A stretch of DNA of 63,104 nt, the filler included, from Limisphaerales bacterium (GTDB lineage Bacteria; Verrucomicrobiota; Verrucomicrobiia; Limisphaerales; SIBE01), in NCBI GenBank assembly GCA_044225505.1. It is 4 parts of 4 records of this genome, joined end to end, with 100 filler letters (N's around TTAATTAATTAA, not from the genome) between each part and the next. Parts side by side here need not be neighbours in the genome. Positions count along the whole stretch, not along the records: positions 31,760 to 47,387 come from JBGAIN010000186.1; positions 47,488 to 63,104 come from JBGAIN010000187.1; 2 more parts are not named here. One strand, 5' to 3'. Below are positions 38,270-48,518 of this stretch, piece by piece (the first letter of the stretch is position 1; every line of letters starts with the position of its first letter). Position numbers and translations under genes: made by a program. A model generated the notes under the pieces. The model was given only the letters and a program-made list of their open reading frames with translations. It was not told the DNA's origin and made no database searches.

Positions 38270-40483
38270 TCAGCTTTCGCTTCGGTCCAAGTCCTCGCTT
38301 CCATCCTTCTGCAAGCGTGGCAACAAACCGGAGAAACGCCGGTGCGTCGCGTTATTCCGAATGGCGGTGGCTAATGCCTGCTTTTGCCCAACCAACACCA
38401 CGAGCTTCCGCCCCCGCGTCACCCCGGTGTAAAGAAGGTTCCTCTGAAGCAAAAGGTATTGCTGCATGGCGATCGGAATAATGACAACCGGGAATTCCGA
38501 CCCTTGTGATTTGTGAATGGTGATCGCATAAGCCAACGAGACTTCATCCAATTCCCCAAAATCGTAGACCACTTCGCGCGTTTCGAAGCGAATCCGAACC
38601 TCACGTTCTACCAAATCGACCGCGATGATTTGTCCAATATCGCCGTTGAAAACTTCCTTGTCGTAATTGTTTCGGGTTTGAATGACTTTGTCCCGCACCC
38701 GAAACTGCCAGCCAAACCGATCCACCACTGGGTCCGCGGGCCCACTCGGATTGAGTTCCGCTTGCAGCCGGGCATTCAGTTCCCGGACCCCAAGCGACCC
38801 CCGATTCATCGGGCAAAGCACCTGGACGTCGCGCACTGGATCACAGCCCAATCGACGGGGCACGCGGGTCTTTACCAGATCCACCAGTGTGCGCAGAATC
38901 TCCACCGGATCTTCTCGTTCGATAAAATAGAAATCAGAGCCTTCCTCTTTGTTAGAGAATTCGGGCATCCGGCCCTGATTGATTTGGTGTGCCGCCGTAA
39001 TAATCCGGCTCTCCGCCGCTTGACGAAAGATTTCGGTGAGCCGAACCACAGGCACCGTTCCGGACTCAATCAAATCGTGCAAGACTAACCCGGGTCCGAC
39101 GGATGGCAACTGGTCCACATCCCCGACCAACAAGAGATGTCCATGCCGTGGGTGAGCCCGCAGCAAGGCGTGCATCAGCTGGACATCCACCATCGAGGTT
39201 TCATCGATCACCAGCATGTCCGCTTCAAGCGGGCGCGCTTCGTTGCGCGTAAACCCGCCCGCTCCCGGCTGATACTCTAGCAGTCGGTGAATCGTTACCG
39301 CTTCGAGCCCCGTCGCCTCCGCTAAACGTTTGGCTGCCCGGCCAGTCGGGGCGCACAACAAACAACGCACTTTTTTCGCCCGCAGGATCCTTAAAATCGA
39401 GTTGAGCAACGTTGTCTTGCCTACCCCAGGACCTCCCGTCACAACGAGAATGCGCTGGCTAAGCGCTTGCCGGAGGGCTTGCTGTTGCGTCACCGCCAGT
39501 CGTTTGCCTGTCTTTTCTTCACACCAGACGATTGCTCGATCCACATCGACCGCCGGCAATTGCGCCCTCCGCCCGCTCATCGCCCGGACCTTGTCCGCAA
39601 TCCCCTCTTCCGCCCGGCGCAAGGCCGGCAGGAAGACCAACATTCCGTCTGCGATCAACTCTTCGGTCAGTTGCCGATTTGCCAACAGCCTGCTCAACGC
39701 CGTTTCCACAGTCGCAGACTCGACCGCCAAGAGCTGCACGGCACCCTCCACCAAGTCAGTGTGCGGCAACGCGCAATGCCCTGTTTCGACGGCCTGAAGC
39801 AGCACGTGCGTTAAACCCGCCTCGGCCCGCGCCAATGAATCCCGCGGTATGCCAACGCGCTGCGCGATCTGATCGGCCGTTTTGAACCCGATACCATGGA
39901 TATCCTGGGCCAGGCAATACGGGTTGGCTTGAACCCGATCAATCGCCGCTTCCCCGTAAGTCTTGTAAATTCGCACGGCCCGGCTGGTACTGACTCCGTG
40001 CGAATGCAGAAACACCATGATCTGCCGAATAAACTTCTGCTCCGCCCAAGCCTCTTTGATCCGCTTACGCCGGCCCGGACCGATTCCGTCAACCTCCTCC
40101 AATCGGGCGGATGAGTCATCGATGATTTCAAAAATCTTATCGCCAAACCGGGCTACCAACTTGCCTGCGTAGACGGGGCCAATCCCTTTGACCATGCCAC
40201 TCCCGAGGTATTTCTCGATGCCTTCCAAAGTCGTGGGAGGACTCGATTTCAGAGTCTCGGCCCGGAACTGCAAACCATGCTCTCGATCGCGTATCCAACG
40301 CCCCTCCGCTGTGAGCCACTCGCCCGCGCTCACGGCGGGGAGCGAGCCGACCACCGTCACCAAGTCCCGCTGTTTCGGTGCTTTGACCCGCAAAACAGCA
40401 AACCCATTCTCATCGTTGAAGAACGTGACACGCTCGATCAGCCCGGAAAGGCTTTCCAGCGGAGTTGGAGAACGATTCTGCAC
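38270..40483 (-). CDS. recD2: RecD2-like SF1B DNA helicase
   Basis: N-terminal OB/HhH region, GGPGVGKT, APTGRAAKR, DETSM, GDVDQL, TIHKSQGSE. Confidence 0.93.
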   Translation of the reverse strand: MQNRSPTPLESLSGLIERVTFFNDENGFAVLRVKAPKQRDLVTVVGSLPAVSAGEWLTAEGRWIRDREHGLQFRAETLKSSPPTTLEGIEKYLGSGMVKGIGPVYAGKLVARFGDKIFEIIDDSSARLEEVDGIGPGRRKRIKEAWAEQKFIRQIMVFLHSHGVSTSRAVRIYKTYGEAAIDRVQANPYCLAQDIHGIGFKTADQIAQRVGIPRDSLARAEAGLTHVLLQAVETGHCALPHTDLVEGAVQLLAVESATVETALSRLLANRQLTEELIADGMLVFLPALRRAEEGIADKVRAMSGRRAQLPAVDVDRAIVWCEEKTGKRLAVTQQQALRQALSQRILVVTGGPGVGKTTLLNSILRILRAKKVRCLLCAPTGRAAKRLAEATGLEAVTIHRLLEYQPGAGGFTRNEARPLEADMLVIDETSMVDVQLMHALLRAHPRHGHLLLVGDVDQLPSVGPGLVLHDLIESGTVPVVRLTEIFRQAAESRIITAAHQINQGRMPEFSNKEEGSDFYFIEREDPVEILRTLVDLVKTRVPRRLGCDPVRDVQVLCPMNRGSLGVRELNARLQAELNPSGPADPVVDRFGWQFRVRDKVIQTRNNYDKEVFNGDIGQIIAVDLVEREVRIRFETREVVYDFGELDEVSLAYAITIHKSQGSEFPVVIIPIAMQQYLLLQRNLLYTGVTRGRKLVVLVGQKQALATAIRNNATHRRFSGLLPRLQKDGSEDLDRSES

Positions 40484-40618
40484 TCGCAGAAAGTGTCGTC
40501 GAAAGAAGCTAGGAAGAAAAGGTTCACGTTGCCGCGACGTCCAACGTTCGCAGGCGCCGGACTGCGGCCCTAGGGTGAGGATGGCCTGGAGTCCTAGTGT
40601 GGTGACCGCTAAGTCCTA

Positions 40619-42226
40619 CTAGTGGCCAAACCCTTTCTCGTCTTCCGGCAACGGTTGATTAACCGTTTCTGGAGCCCAGAAAAGCGCGATGATCCCAACC
40701 AGATAGGAGCAAGCCAGAACCATGGCCGCAAGTCGGAAGCCAGGCAACGGTGTTAAGCCGTGCAACGCCGTGGAGAGCGGTCCCAAGATCAACAGCCCAA
40801 ACGCGGTAATATAACGTCCAACATTGTAGCAAAAGCTCGTCCCAGTGGTCCGAAGCCTGGTGGGGAACAACTCGGGAAAATAAATGGCATAACCGCCAAA
40901 GGGCGCCAAGGTGAAGAACCCGAGGATCGGCCAGAGATACCAAACTTGGCTCGGGCTTTTAATTGTGCTGAATGTCAGAATCAAGCTGGCCCAAGCCAAA
41001 AGCAGCGAGGCGAAGAAAGTGCGTCGGCGTCCCCACCGGGCGGCGACAGCGGTGAAGCAATAAATTCCGAAAAACGCCGCGATCTGCTGTAGCATTCCGC
41101 CTCGCGATTTTAGCTGGGTCTTTTGGTCCTCGGTAATCGCCTTCCGCAGGGTTTTGTGCACATTCTCGCGCGCCTCGGGTGTCGGCCAACGGGCCAGCGC
41201 GACTTCCGGATCCATCATGTGCACCGCACCCGCGGCGCGGGAAAGCAGATCCGCATACTTTCGCTTTTCCTTGGGATCCAAGCTTGCCACCGCGGCGGCG
41301 TGCGCTTCGGCCGAACTCGCGTTTAAGCAAGCCTCAATGCGCGGACGCGCACTCGGTTCAATGGTCGGAATGGCAGAGTCGATCAGCTCCGGTGTGTAAA
41401 ATCCGACCCCCCAAAGGCCGATCTGACCCGCCACGGCGAGCCCTAGACCAACCAGAGTATGCCGACGCCATTTTGGATCGCGAAACAGGTCCGTGATTCG
41501 CCCCAAGCGTTGGTCGGTTTTCGAGAGTTTAGCCGCCGCTTTCGCTGCCACCCAACGTTCCGGTTCACGCAAGCGCCACAGAACGAAGAACGAGATCAAC
41601 GCTGGGAGCGCCCCGATGTAATACAGTCCACGCCACCCCCACCCTAGTCCCTGGTCCGTCACGACCACGCCCAAGGAAAAGGCCGCCAATATATTCCCTA
41701 CCGCCGATAGGGCCTGGAGTAGGCCTAGCGCATAAGGTCGCGCGCGGTCCGGCATGACTTCGGCCACTAACGCCGCTCCCACCGCGAATTCACCTCCGAC
41801 ACCAGCCCCGGTCAAGAAGCGGAACGCGGCGAACGCTTCCCAGCTCTTGGCCAGCCCGCTCAGTCCGGTGAACGCGGCGTATACCATGATGGTTAGGGCC
41901 ATGGTCTTGGCCCGGCCCCAGCGATCCCCGAGGCTCCCAAAGATCAAACCGCCCGTCGCCCATCCCAGGATGAAGATGGACGTTGCCCACCCGCCGTACT
42001 TGATCTGGGTGAGCGGGTCGGCTTGAGGCATGAGGTCGCGCATGGTGATGGAACGCGACATGGTGAAGATCTGTTGATCGAAGCAGTCAAAGAGCCAACC
42101 CAACGCCGCCACGATCAGCACGAACCAGTGGTACTGGTTCATTGTGCGCCACCACGGCCCTGTCGGCGGGGCTGGCTCACTCCCGGAAGAACTCGGTCCG
42201 GTCACTGGCTTTTCTCGGTTCGGCAT
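40619..42226 (-). CDS. MFS transporter
   Basis: GWLFD, GSLGDRWGR, GVGGEF, PELFPTRLR. Confidence 0.92.
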   Translation of the reverse strand: MPNREKPVTGPSSSGSEPAPPTGPWWRTMNQYHWFVLIVAALGWLFDCFDQQIFTMSRSITMRDLMPQADPLTQIKYGGWATSIFILGWATGGLIFGSLGDRWGRAKTMALTIMVYAAFTGLSGLAKSWEAFAAFRFLTGAGVGGEFAVGAALVAEVMPDRARPYALGLLQALSAVGNILAAFSLGVVVTDQGLGWGWRGLYYIGALPALISFFVLWRLREPERWVAAKAAAKLSKTDQRLGRITDLFRDPKWRRHTLVGLGLAVAGQIGLWGVGFYTPELIDSAIPTIEPSARPRIEACLNASSAEAHAAAVASLDPKEKRKYADLLSRAAGAVHMMDPEVALARWPTPEARENVHKTLRKAITEDQKTQLKSRGGMLQQIAAFFGIYCFTAVAARWGRRRTFFASLLLAWASLILTFSTIKSPSQVWYLWPILGFFTLAPFGGYAIYFPELFPTRLRTTGTSFCYNVGRYITAFGLLILGPLSTALHGLTPLPGFRLAAMVLACSYLVGIIALFWAPETVNQPLPEDEKGFGH

Positions 42227-42347
42227 AATGCTGGGAACGGAGCTTGCCTACACACAAAGTCTCCAGCCGCCAAGCCTTTTCGTTGTTCACAAATGATTTG
42301 AAAGGATGCTTTCTTTGGGGAACTATGCGCCGAAACACATGATGAAT

Positions 42348-43211
42348 ATGAAATATTTTACGTTGGTTTTGGCCGTCCTCTTCGCCACGGAGGTGGCGCG
42401 CGCGGAGGACAAGCACGTCCTCAAAGACAAAAAGGAGAAGACGAGCTACAGCATGGGCTACAACATCGGCAATGCCTGGAAACGCCAAGGAATCGAACCC
42501 CAAGACGTGGATGTCGACGTCCTCGTTTCCGCCATCAAAGATGTCATGGCCGGCAAGGACTCCCTGATCACGGACCAGGAAAACCGCGAACTCTTGAGCG
42601 CATTCCAAACGGACCTCCGCAATCGCCGCGAAGAAAAGCGCAAGGTGCAAGGCGAGAAGAACAAAGTCGAAGGCCAGGAATTCCTCACTCAGAATAAATC
42701 CAAGCCCGGCGTGCAGACGTTACCGGACGGCCTCCAGTACAAGGTCCTCACCCCAGGGAACGGTCCCAAGCCGACCACCAACGACACCGTGACCGTCAAT
42801 TACCGCGGCACGCTGATTGACGGCACCGAGTTTGACAGCTCGTACAAGCGCGGACAACCAGCCACATTTAAAGTCACCGGTGTCATCAAAGGCTGGACCG
42901 AAGCGCTGCAATTGATGCCAGTCGGAGCCAAATGGCAACTGTTTATCCCGGCTGATCTGGCCTACGGCGAACGCGGCTCGGGCGCAAATATTGCCCCGAA
43001 CGCGACCCTTATTTTTGAAGTGGAATTGATCTCCATCCAAGCGGCGTCGGACAAGCCGGCGGTCACTGTCACTCCGCAGCAGCCTGTCACGAGCGATATT
43101 ATCAAAGTCCCCTCCGCTGAAGAGCTGAAGAAGGGTGCCAAGATCGAGATTATCAAGCCTGAGCAGCTGGAGCAGGAGAAGGAAAAGGAACGGCTCAAAG
43201 AGAAGAAGTAA
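42348..43211 (+). CDS. FKBP-type peptidyl-prolyl isomerase (FkpA/Mip-like); start uncertain
   Basis: Signal peptide, SYSMG dimerisation domain, YRGTLIDGTEFDSS, VIKGWTEALQLM. Confidence 0.93.
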   Translation: MKYFTLVLAVLFATEVARAEDKHVLKDKKEKTSYSMGYNIGNAWKRQGIEPQDVDVDVLVSAIKDVMAGKDSLITDQENRELLSAFQTDLRNRREEKRKVQGEKNKVEGQEFLTQNKSKPGVQTLPDGLQYKVLTPGNGPKPTTNDTVTVNYRGTLIDGTEFDSSYKRGQPATFKVTGVIKGWTEALQLMPVGAKWQLFIPADLAYGERGSGANIAPNATLIFEVELISIQAASDKPAVTVTPQQPVTSDIIKVPSAEELKKGAKIEIIKPEQLEQEKEKERLKEKK

Positions 43212-43246
43212 ATCCACGCGTCCTTATCTCCAAAGTTTCCGCCCAT

Positions 43247-43278
43247 GCCCAAGTGCTTCAAAGGCGCTTGGGCTTTTT
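43247..43278 (+). terminator. Intrinsic terminator
   Basis: GCCCAAGTGC...GCGCTTGGGC plus TTTTT. Confidence 0.7.
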
Positions 43279-43362
43279 CATGCCCGGGTGCTGCCCTAGC
43301 CCTCTCCAATAATCCGCGTTTGGAATTGGCCTCGTCGCGAGCGGTTGCTAAAACCAACGTCT

Positions 43363-44706
43363 ATGAGTTCAACCTCGCCCCTGTCGCGTCGCCGTTTTCT
43401 CGCGCACACCCTGTTGGCCCTCACGGCTCCGGGGATCGTCCAAAGCGGATGGTCCGCGACCGCGCCCGGAGACCGGATCGCGCTCGGTTTCATCGGTCTG
43501 GGCACTCAGGGCCGCGGTTTGCTCTCTGTATTCCTGGGACGCAAGGATGTGCAAGTGCGAGCGGTCTGTGATGTCGATACGCACCGCCGAGAGGATGCGC
43601 GCCAGAAGGTCGACCAGCATTACCAGAACCTGGCAAACCGAGGATCATTCCAGGACTGCCTTATGTTTGAGGATTTCCGCGAAATGGTGGCGCGCCCGGA
43701 AATCGATGCGGTCGTAATTGCCACACCCGATCACTGGCACGCCTTGACCACCATCGCCGCGGCCAACGCCGGTAAAGACGTCTATTGCGAAAAACCACTC
43801 GCCAAGTCTGTCGCGGAAGCCCAATCCATGATTCGAGCGGTCCAAAAGAACAAACGCGTGCTTCAGGTCGGCTCGATGCAACGCTCCATGCGCGAATTTC
43901 GTGTTGCCTGCGAACTCGTTCGCAACGGATGCCTCGGGAAGATCGATCATGTCGATGTGACCGTCGGTGGACCCGCGGTCCCGTGTGACTTGCCAGAGGA
44001 ATCCGCCGAGCCCGGCCTGAACTGGGACTTTTGGCTCGGACCCGCTCCGAAACGTCCCTACAACTCGGTCCTCAGCCCTCGCGGCGTGCACACCCACTTC
44101 CCGAACTGGCGTCATTACCGGGAGTATGGCGGTGGATCCGTGACCGATTTTGGCGCGCATCATTTCGACATCGCCCATTGGGGTTTGGGAATGGATCGAT
44201 CTGGTCCAGAAGAAATCCTGCCGCCCGCGGACTGGCAGTCGGCTCAGTTCGGCGTGCGGATGCGCTATGCCAGCGGGGTCGAAATCGTACACGCCCGGGT
44301 TCCTGGGCACAACGACATCACGTTTTATGGCCAGGATGGGACCGTGCAAGTGGATCGCGGCCGAATCTCAGTGACCATCGGTGGACGATCATTCGAGAAA
44401 GGTGATCTATCCTTCACCGCGCAGCTCGACGGGATCGAAAAGGAGTTTCTGAAGTCGCCCAAGGTCCCGCTTTACCGAAGTCGGGATCATGCGGAGGACT
44501 GGCTCGCTGCTATCCGGAGCCGCCAACAGCCCATCTGCGACGTTGAAACCGGCGCACGCACCGCCACCGTCTGCAATCTCGTAAATCTGGCCTACTACCA
44601 TGGTCGCCCCATGAAATGGAACCCGGAGGCGGAGACGTTTATCGGCGGGACGGGCGATGCAACGTGGCTGGATGTTCCGCATCGTTCGCCCTGGCGAGTG
44701 AGTTGA
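43363..44706 (+). CDS. Tat-exported Gfo/Idh/MocA oxidoreductase
   Basis: SRRRFL Tat motif, GLGTQG, ATPDHWH, YCEKP, DFGAHHFD. Confidence 0.92.
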   Translation: MSSTSPLSRRRFLAHTLLALTAPGIVQSGWSATAPGDRIALGFIGLGTQGRGLLSVFLGRKDVQVRAVCDVDTHRREDARQKVDQHYQNLANRGSFQDCLMFEDFREMVARPEIDAVVIATPDHWHALTTIAAANAGKDVYCEKPLAKSVAEAQSMIRAVQKNKRVLQVGSMQRSMREFRVACELVRNGCLGKIDHVDVTVGGPAVPCDLPEESAEPGLNWDFWLGPAPKRPYNSVLSPRGVHTHFPNWRHYREYGGGSVTDFGAHHFDIAHWGLGMDRSGPEEILPPADWQSAQFGVRMRYASGVEIVHARVPGHNDITFYGQDGTVQVDRGRISVTIGGRSFEKGDLSFTAQLDGIEKEFLKSPKVPLYRSRDHAEDWLAAIRSRQQPICDVETGARTATVCNLVNLAYYHGRPMKWNPEAETFIGGTGDATWLDVPHRSPWRVS

Positions 44707-44850
44707 GACAGCCATCCACGTTCCGCAAAAATCAGACGGGCTCGCGGACGGACCGCTAAGTCCCGCTCTCCCGCAGAGCTGACGGTCCCGAATTTCCCCG
44801 GTGCCTTCGCCCCGCTTTACTTTGTCGAGGCGCGGTGTTAGCTAGGGATC

Positions 44851-45375
44851 ATGCGACCCATAATCCTTTTCGCATTCGTCAGCGTTGTCACGTTTCAAGC
44901 CCTCGCTGCGCCCCCGTCCGCCAAACAAATCCTGGACGAAGCCAAAACTCGGGCGACTCAGGAAAAGAAAGCGATCTTTGTCCATTTCGGCGCTTCGTGG
45001 TGCGGTTGGTGCAAACGTTTGGATGCCTTTCTCGACAAACCGGAGGTGAAGCCCGTTTTCGAGAAGTATTTTGTTCCCGTCAAACTCGTCGTCCAGGAGT
45101 CCGACAAGAACAAAGCCTTGGAAAACGCCGGCGCGGATGCGGTTTTGAAGAAATTGGGTGGCCCCGCTGGGCTTCCCTACTCCGCCTTTCTCAATGCACA
45201 GGGGGACATGATCGTAAACTCCAATCGCAACGGTGAAGCCGGTCAGAACATCGGGTATCCAGCCCAACCCAACGAGATCGATTGGTTCCTGACTATGATC
45301 CAGAAGGCCGCGCCGAGCATTAGCGTCGACGATAAGAATGCCATTGCGTCCCTCCTGCGCGCCGAGAAGCACTAA
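44851..45375 (+). CDS. Exported thioredoxin-fold protein
   Basis: Signal peptide, ASWCGWC, GLP. Confidence 0.88.
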   Translation: MRPIILFAFVSVVTFQALAAPPSAKQILDEAKTRATQEKKAIFVHFGASWCGWCKRLDAFLDKPEVKPVFEKYFVPVKLVVQESDKNKALENAGADAVLKKLGGPAGLPYSAFLNAQGDMIVNSNRNGEAGQNIGYPAQPNEIDWFLTMIQKAAPSISVDDKNAIASLLRAEKH

Positions 45376-45505
45376 TTATCCCGCATTTGCAGGCGATTCC
45401 CGACGCGTCCGTGTCCACCGACGCCAGCGCCGGACCTGGAGGCTTACAAAACTAGCGGTGTGTTATACTGAAGAGAATCGAGGATCTCTGTGTCATACTG
45501 ATACG

Positions 45506-45952
45506 ATGAATGAGAATTCTAATACCCACAGCAAAGTCATTGGCTACCTGCTCTGGATCTTCGGGTTCACAGGTGCCCACCGATTTTACTTCGGGAAACC
45601 GATTACGGGTGTGCTCTGGTTCTTCACTGGCGGACTCTTTCTGATCGGCTGGATTATCGATCTATTCCTAATCCCATCCATGGATCGCGCCGCAGATCGG
45701 CGGTACCAAGCCGGGCCCGTGGATTATTCGGTGGCATGGTTGCTCCTGACCTTCCTCGGTTTCTTTGGCGCGCACCGGTTTTACATGGGCAAGTGGATCT
45801 CGGGCATCTGTTATCTCCTGACCTTGGGCTTGTTCGGTCTTGGTTATTTATTTGACCTATGCACCCTGAACCACCAGGTGAGTGAGACCAATCAAGCGTG
45901 CGCCTTGACGAGCCCAACCGGCGCGATGCTGACTCCGAACGCGACGGCCTAA
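45506..45952 (+). CDS. Tandem TM2-domain membrane protein
   Basis: Two GAHRFY.GK...G...DL repeats. Confidence 0.88.
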   Translation: MNENSNTHSKVIGYLLWIFGFTGAHRFYFGKPITGVLWFFTGGLFLIGWIIDLFLIPSMDRAADRRYQAGPVDYSVAWLLLTFLGFFGAHRFYMGKWISGICYLLTLGLFGLGYLFDLCTLNHQVSETNQACALTSPTGAMLTPNATA

Positions 45953-45967
45953 ACACACGAGCTTGTT

Positions 45968-46003
45968 GAGCCGACGGAATCGACGAGATCCGTCGGCTCT
46001 TTT
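45968..46003 (+). terminator. Intrinsic terminator
   Basis: GAGCCGACGGA...TCCGTCGGCTC plus TTTT. Confidence 0.8.
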
Positions 46004-46138
46004 GTTGCGTTGCGCCCCGAGCTGTAACGGTGGGTCACATCAACCTGACCAAGAGACTCTTCAACCCGGGATGTCGCTTCTCCGGCTTCTGGCGCACCCG
46101 TTTGTCACCCTTGTCTGAGTGCTCTTTTCCTCCACCCA

Positions 46139-46603
46139 TTAGCCGCACACCTCCCCCTGAATGGACTTGGCCTCCTGCTCCAAGGCGCCGAAAGGATAGC
46201 CCGGAGGCGTCAGGCATTCCCATAAATACTCTTCCAAGAACGGTTGAATGCCTCCCAGACGCTCGTACTGCGCAGTGTGGACTAACTCATGCACCACCAA
46301 GCTGCGATCACCCCAGCAATCGGACCGGATGAAAATACCGTAACGCAGAGCCATCCCCATGCTGAGCGGTGAGATGAGTCCTGCCTTTTCTGCGACCTTC
46401 CGCAACGTGCCGTGTAATGGCGCGGGAATCTCGTCGACGACTCGCAAGCGGACGCGTTCCGGAGTCACCACTCCCACTCGCTGGGCATCCACCATGAGCG
46501 ATGGAGTCAGAGGAACACCATCCCGCAGGATGATTGACTCCTGCTTCTCCACCCAAGCACACGCGACCGGAAGGAGCCGCTTAAACATCGCGCGCTTGAT
46601 CAT
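46139..46603 (-). CDS. Small zincin-like metallopeptidase (DUF4157-like)
   Basis: HELVHTAQY with downstream LEQEA. Confidence 0.75.
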   Translation of the reverse strand: MIKRAMFKRLLPVACAWVEKQESIILRDGVPLTPSLMVDAQRVGVVTPERVRLRVVDEIPAPLHGTLRKVAEKAGLISPLSMGMALRYGIFIRSDCWGDRSLVVHELVHTAQYERLGGIQPFLEEYLWECLTPPGYPFGALEQEAKSIQGEVCG

Positions 46604-47232
46604 GCACCAGGGTCAGTGAAACGAAGTGACTCTCAACCGAGATCGCCAACCCCGCAAGTCCCTTCTGGAACCATCGCCCTGGTCCGGCCTCGGACCACCC
46701 AGGGTTATCCTGGACCATTCGGTCTGCCGTTAAATTGAACGGAACAACCTGGGCCCCACTCGCCTAGCTGCAACTCATGCCTGGCGCGCCGCAGCGTTGC
46801 CGCGAGCTAAATTACGAACAAACGAAACCCTCCGAGCGACCAACTGGGCAGCTCTTCGCTGCTCACGAGGCCTGGCGCAGAACCGCAGCATCGACCTTTG
46901 TTGACTCGGGAGGTCGTTGCCCCTCCCCTAGACAGATTGCCTCCAGCGGTGTTCACAGCCGCTGAAGGCCTTCTTGCTTCCGCAGCCTCTCGCCGGAGCA
47001 AGGCGTAGGGATGGGGGCCTTATCCGTCTTGGGCTTTGCGCTGACTCTTCCGCCTCGCTTCCGCCCCGTCTGGGTCGCGCTTCCCTAAAAAGACGGTGGA
47101 GAACGGAGTTACTTACCGCGACTCCAGAACTCAGTGGGTAGATTTGGTTCTCGGCTTTGCTGCTGTTTAGTTTTTGCTTCAGATATGATCGGATCGCGGA
47201 ATTTATTCTAATGCCATTCGGTAATTCTATTC

Positions 47233-47321
47233 AGTCCCGGAAGGGACAGAATGAGAGAAGCCCGGTCGTTTTAGCGCCGGGTGCTCAAGTGAGAGGGCCC
47301 AAGCCCCGGAGGGGCGGCTGA
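47233..47321 (+). repeat. Three-hairpin REP-like unit
   Basis: GTCCCggaaGGGAC-GAATGA-AGCCCGG...CCGGG...GCCCCggaGGGGC-GGCTGA; aligns with the reverse complement of 14654-14741. Confidence 0.72.
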
Positions 47322-47387
47322 GTGCGGCGAGAAAGGGCGTTTGGGTTCTACGACCTTGTGATCCGCTTATTCTCCGGTTCTTCCGTT

Positions 47388-47487
47388 NNNNNNNNNNNNN
47401 NNNNNNNNNNNNNNNNNNNNNNNNNNNNNNNTTAATTAATTAANNNNNNNNNNNNNNNNNNNNNNNNNNNNNNNNNNNNNNNNNNNN
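47388..47487. other. Artificial contig linker
   Basis: N-run with TTAATTAATTAA. Confidence 0.98.
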
Positions 47488-47866
47488 GGGAGGCGGTGCG
47501 GAATTTGATCGAGGCGAACAAGTCGTGTGCGATGCGCAGGGAAACATCTACTTGACGGGCGTGATCCGAAAGAACGTGGCGACCTTTGATGGATTTACCC
47601 TCACGCCACACGGGCCCGATCCTGCGACCCTCTTCGCGGCCAAACTCAGTCCCGTTCCCCCGCTGCGAATGCGTCAGGCGGGCGGCACCACGACACTCAC
47701 CTGGCCCGCCAAGGCGACCAACTGGGTGCTGGAGGCCACAGGCACGCTGGGCACGCCCGCATGGGAATCGGCGAATCTCAACTCCACCGTCTCCGGCCGG
47801 GATCGGACGGTGACGGTCGATACCGCCGCTGCGACTTCAAGATTCTACCGACTACGGAAGCCCTGA
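47488..47866 (+). CDS. C-terminal fragment of an SBBP beta-propeller repeat protein
   Basis: DAQGNIYLTG repeat; C-terminal LTWP...VLEAT..L...W...RFYRLRKP domain. Confidence 0.75.
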
Positions 47867-47870
47867 TCCA

Positions 47871-48518
47871 ATGACCCGATTCGTTGCATGCGGCTTTCCT
47901 CTGCGGTGCTCCCACGCGCCTGCGACCTTGCTCGCCTTCGGCATCTGCTTGTTTGGCAATGCGGCTCTGACCGTCGAAGAGCCTTACGTCTCCTGGGCTA
48001 CGACCGCCTCCAATATGTACTCGGCGGAGCTCACCACCATCAGTCCCTCGGGCGACCTTTACACAGCCTCCGGTGACATTTTCACGGGTCGTGGACTGCT
48101 CCGCTTCACCCCCTCCGGGGAACTCGCCGAACAGGTCATGTATCCCGGCCTCGAAGTGCAGGGACTGACCTTCGACGCTGTCGGTAACCGCTATCTGACC
48201 GGCAGCGTTTGGACCAACGGAACCTTCTCCGCCAGCCAGCCCAAAGGCTTCTTCGTCGCCAGATTCAACGCGCAAAATGAGCTGGCCTGGGTGCGTTCCG
48301 GGGATGAGGTGGACCGCGAGTTCACCCGCGGAACGTCCGTGCAACTCGACGGGGAAGGGAACATCTGTGTTGGCGGCAGTATTCGCCGGCCTGAAACATG
48401 GGAGGCGTATGCGCCCGGCGATCACGACGGGATCTCCTTACGGAAATACTCGCCAGAGGGTGATCTCCTCTGGGCGCGCCGCATGCGCCAAAACGGTCAA
48501 GGGACAGTGCCTTGCTAG
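47871..48518 (+). pseudogene. Truncated SBBP beta-propeller repeat protein
   Basis: Signal peptide; DAVGNRYLTG and DGEGNICVGG repeats; breaks off after KYSPEGDLLWARR at the integrase 3' end. Confidence 0.6.

Noticed and set aside
46990..47090. c-di-GMP-I-like GCGCAAAGCC on the minus strand
   Set aside because: No GGCAAAC/GAAA P2 stem or P1 pairing could be built
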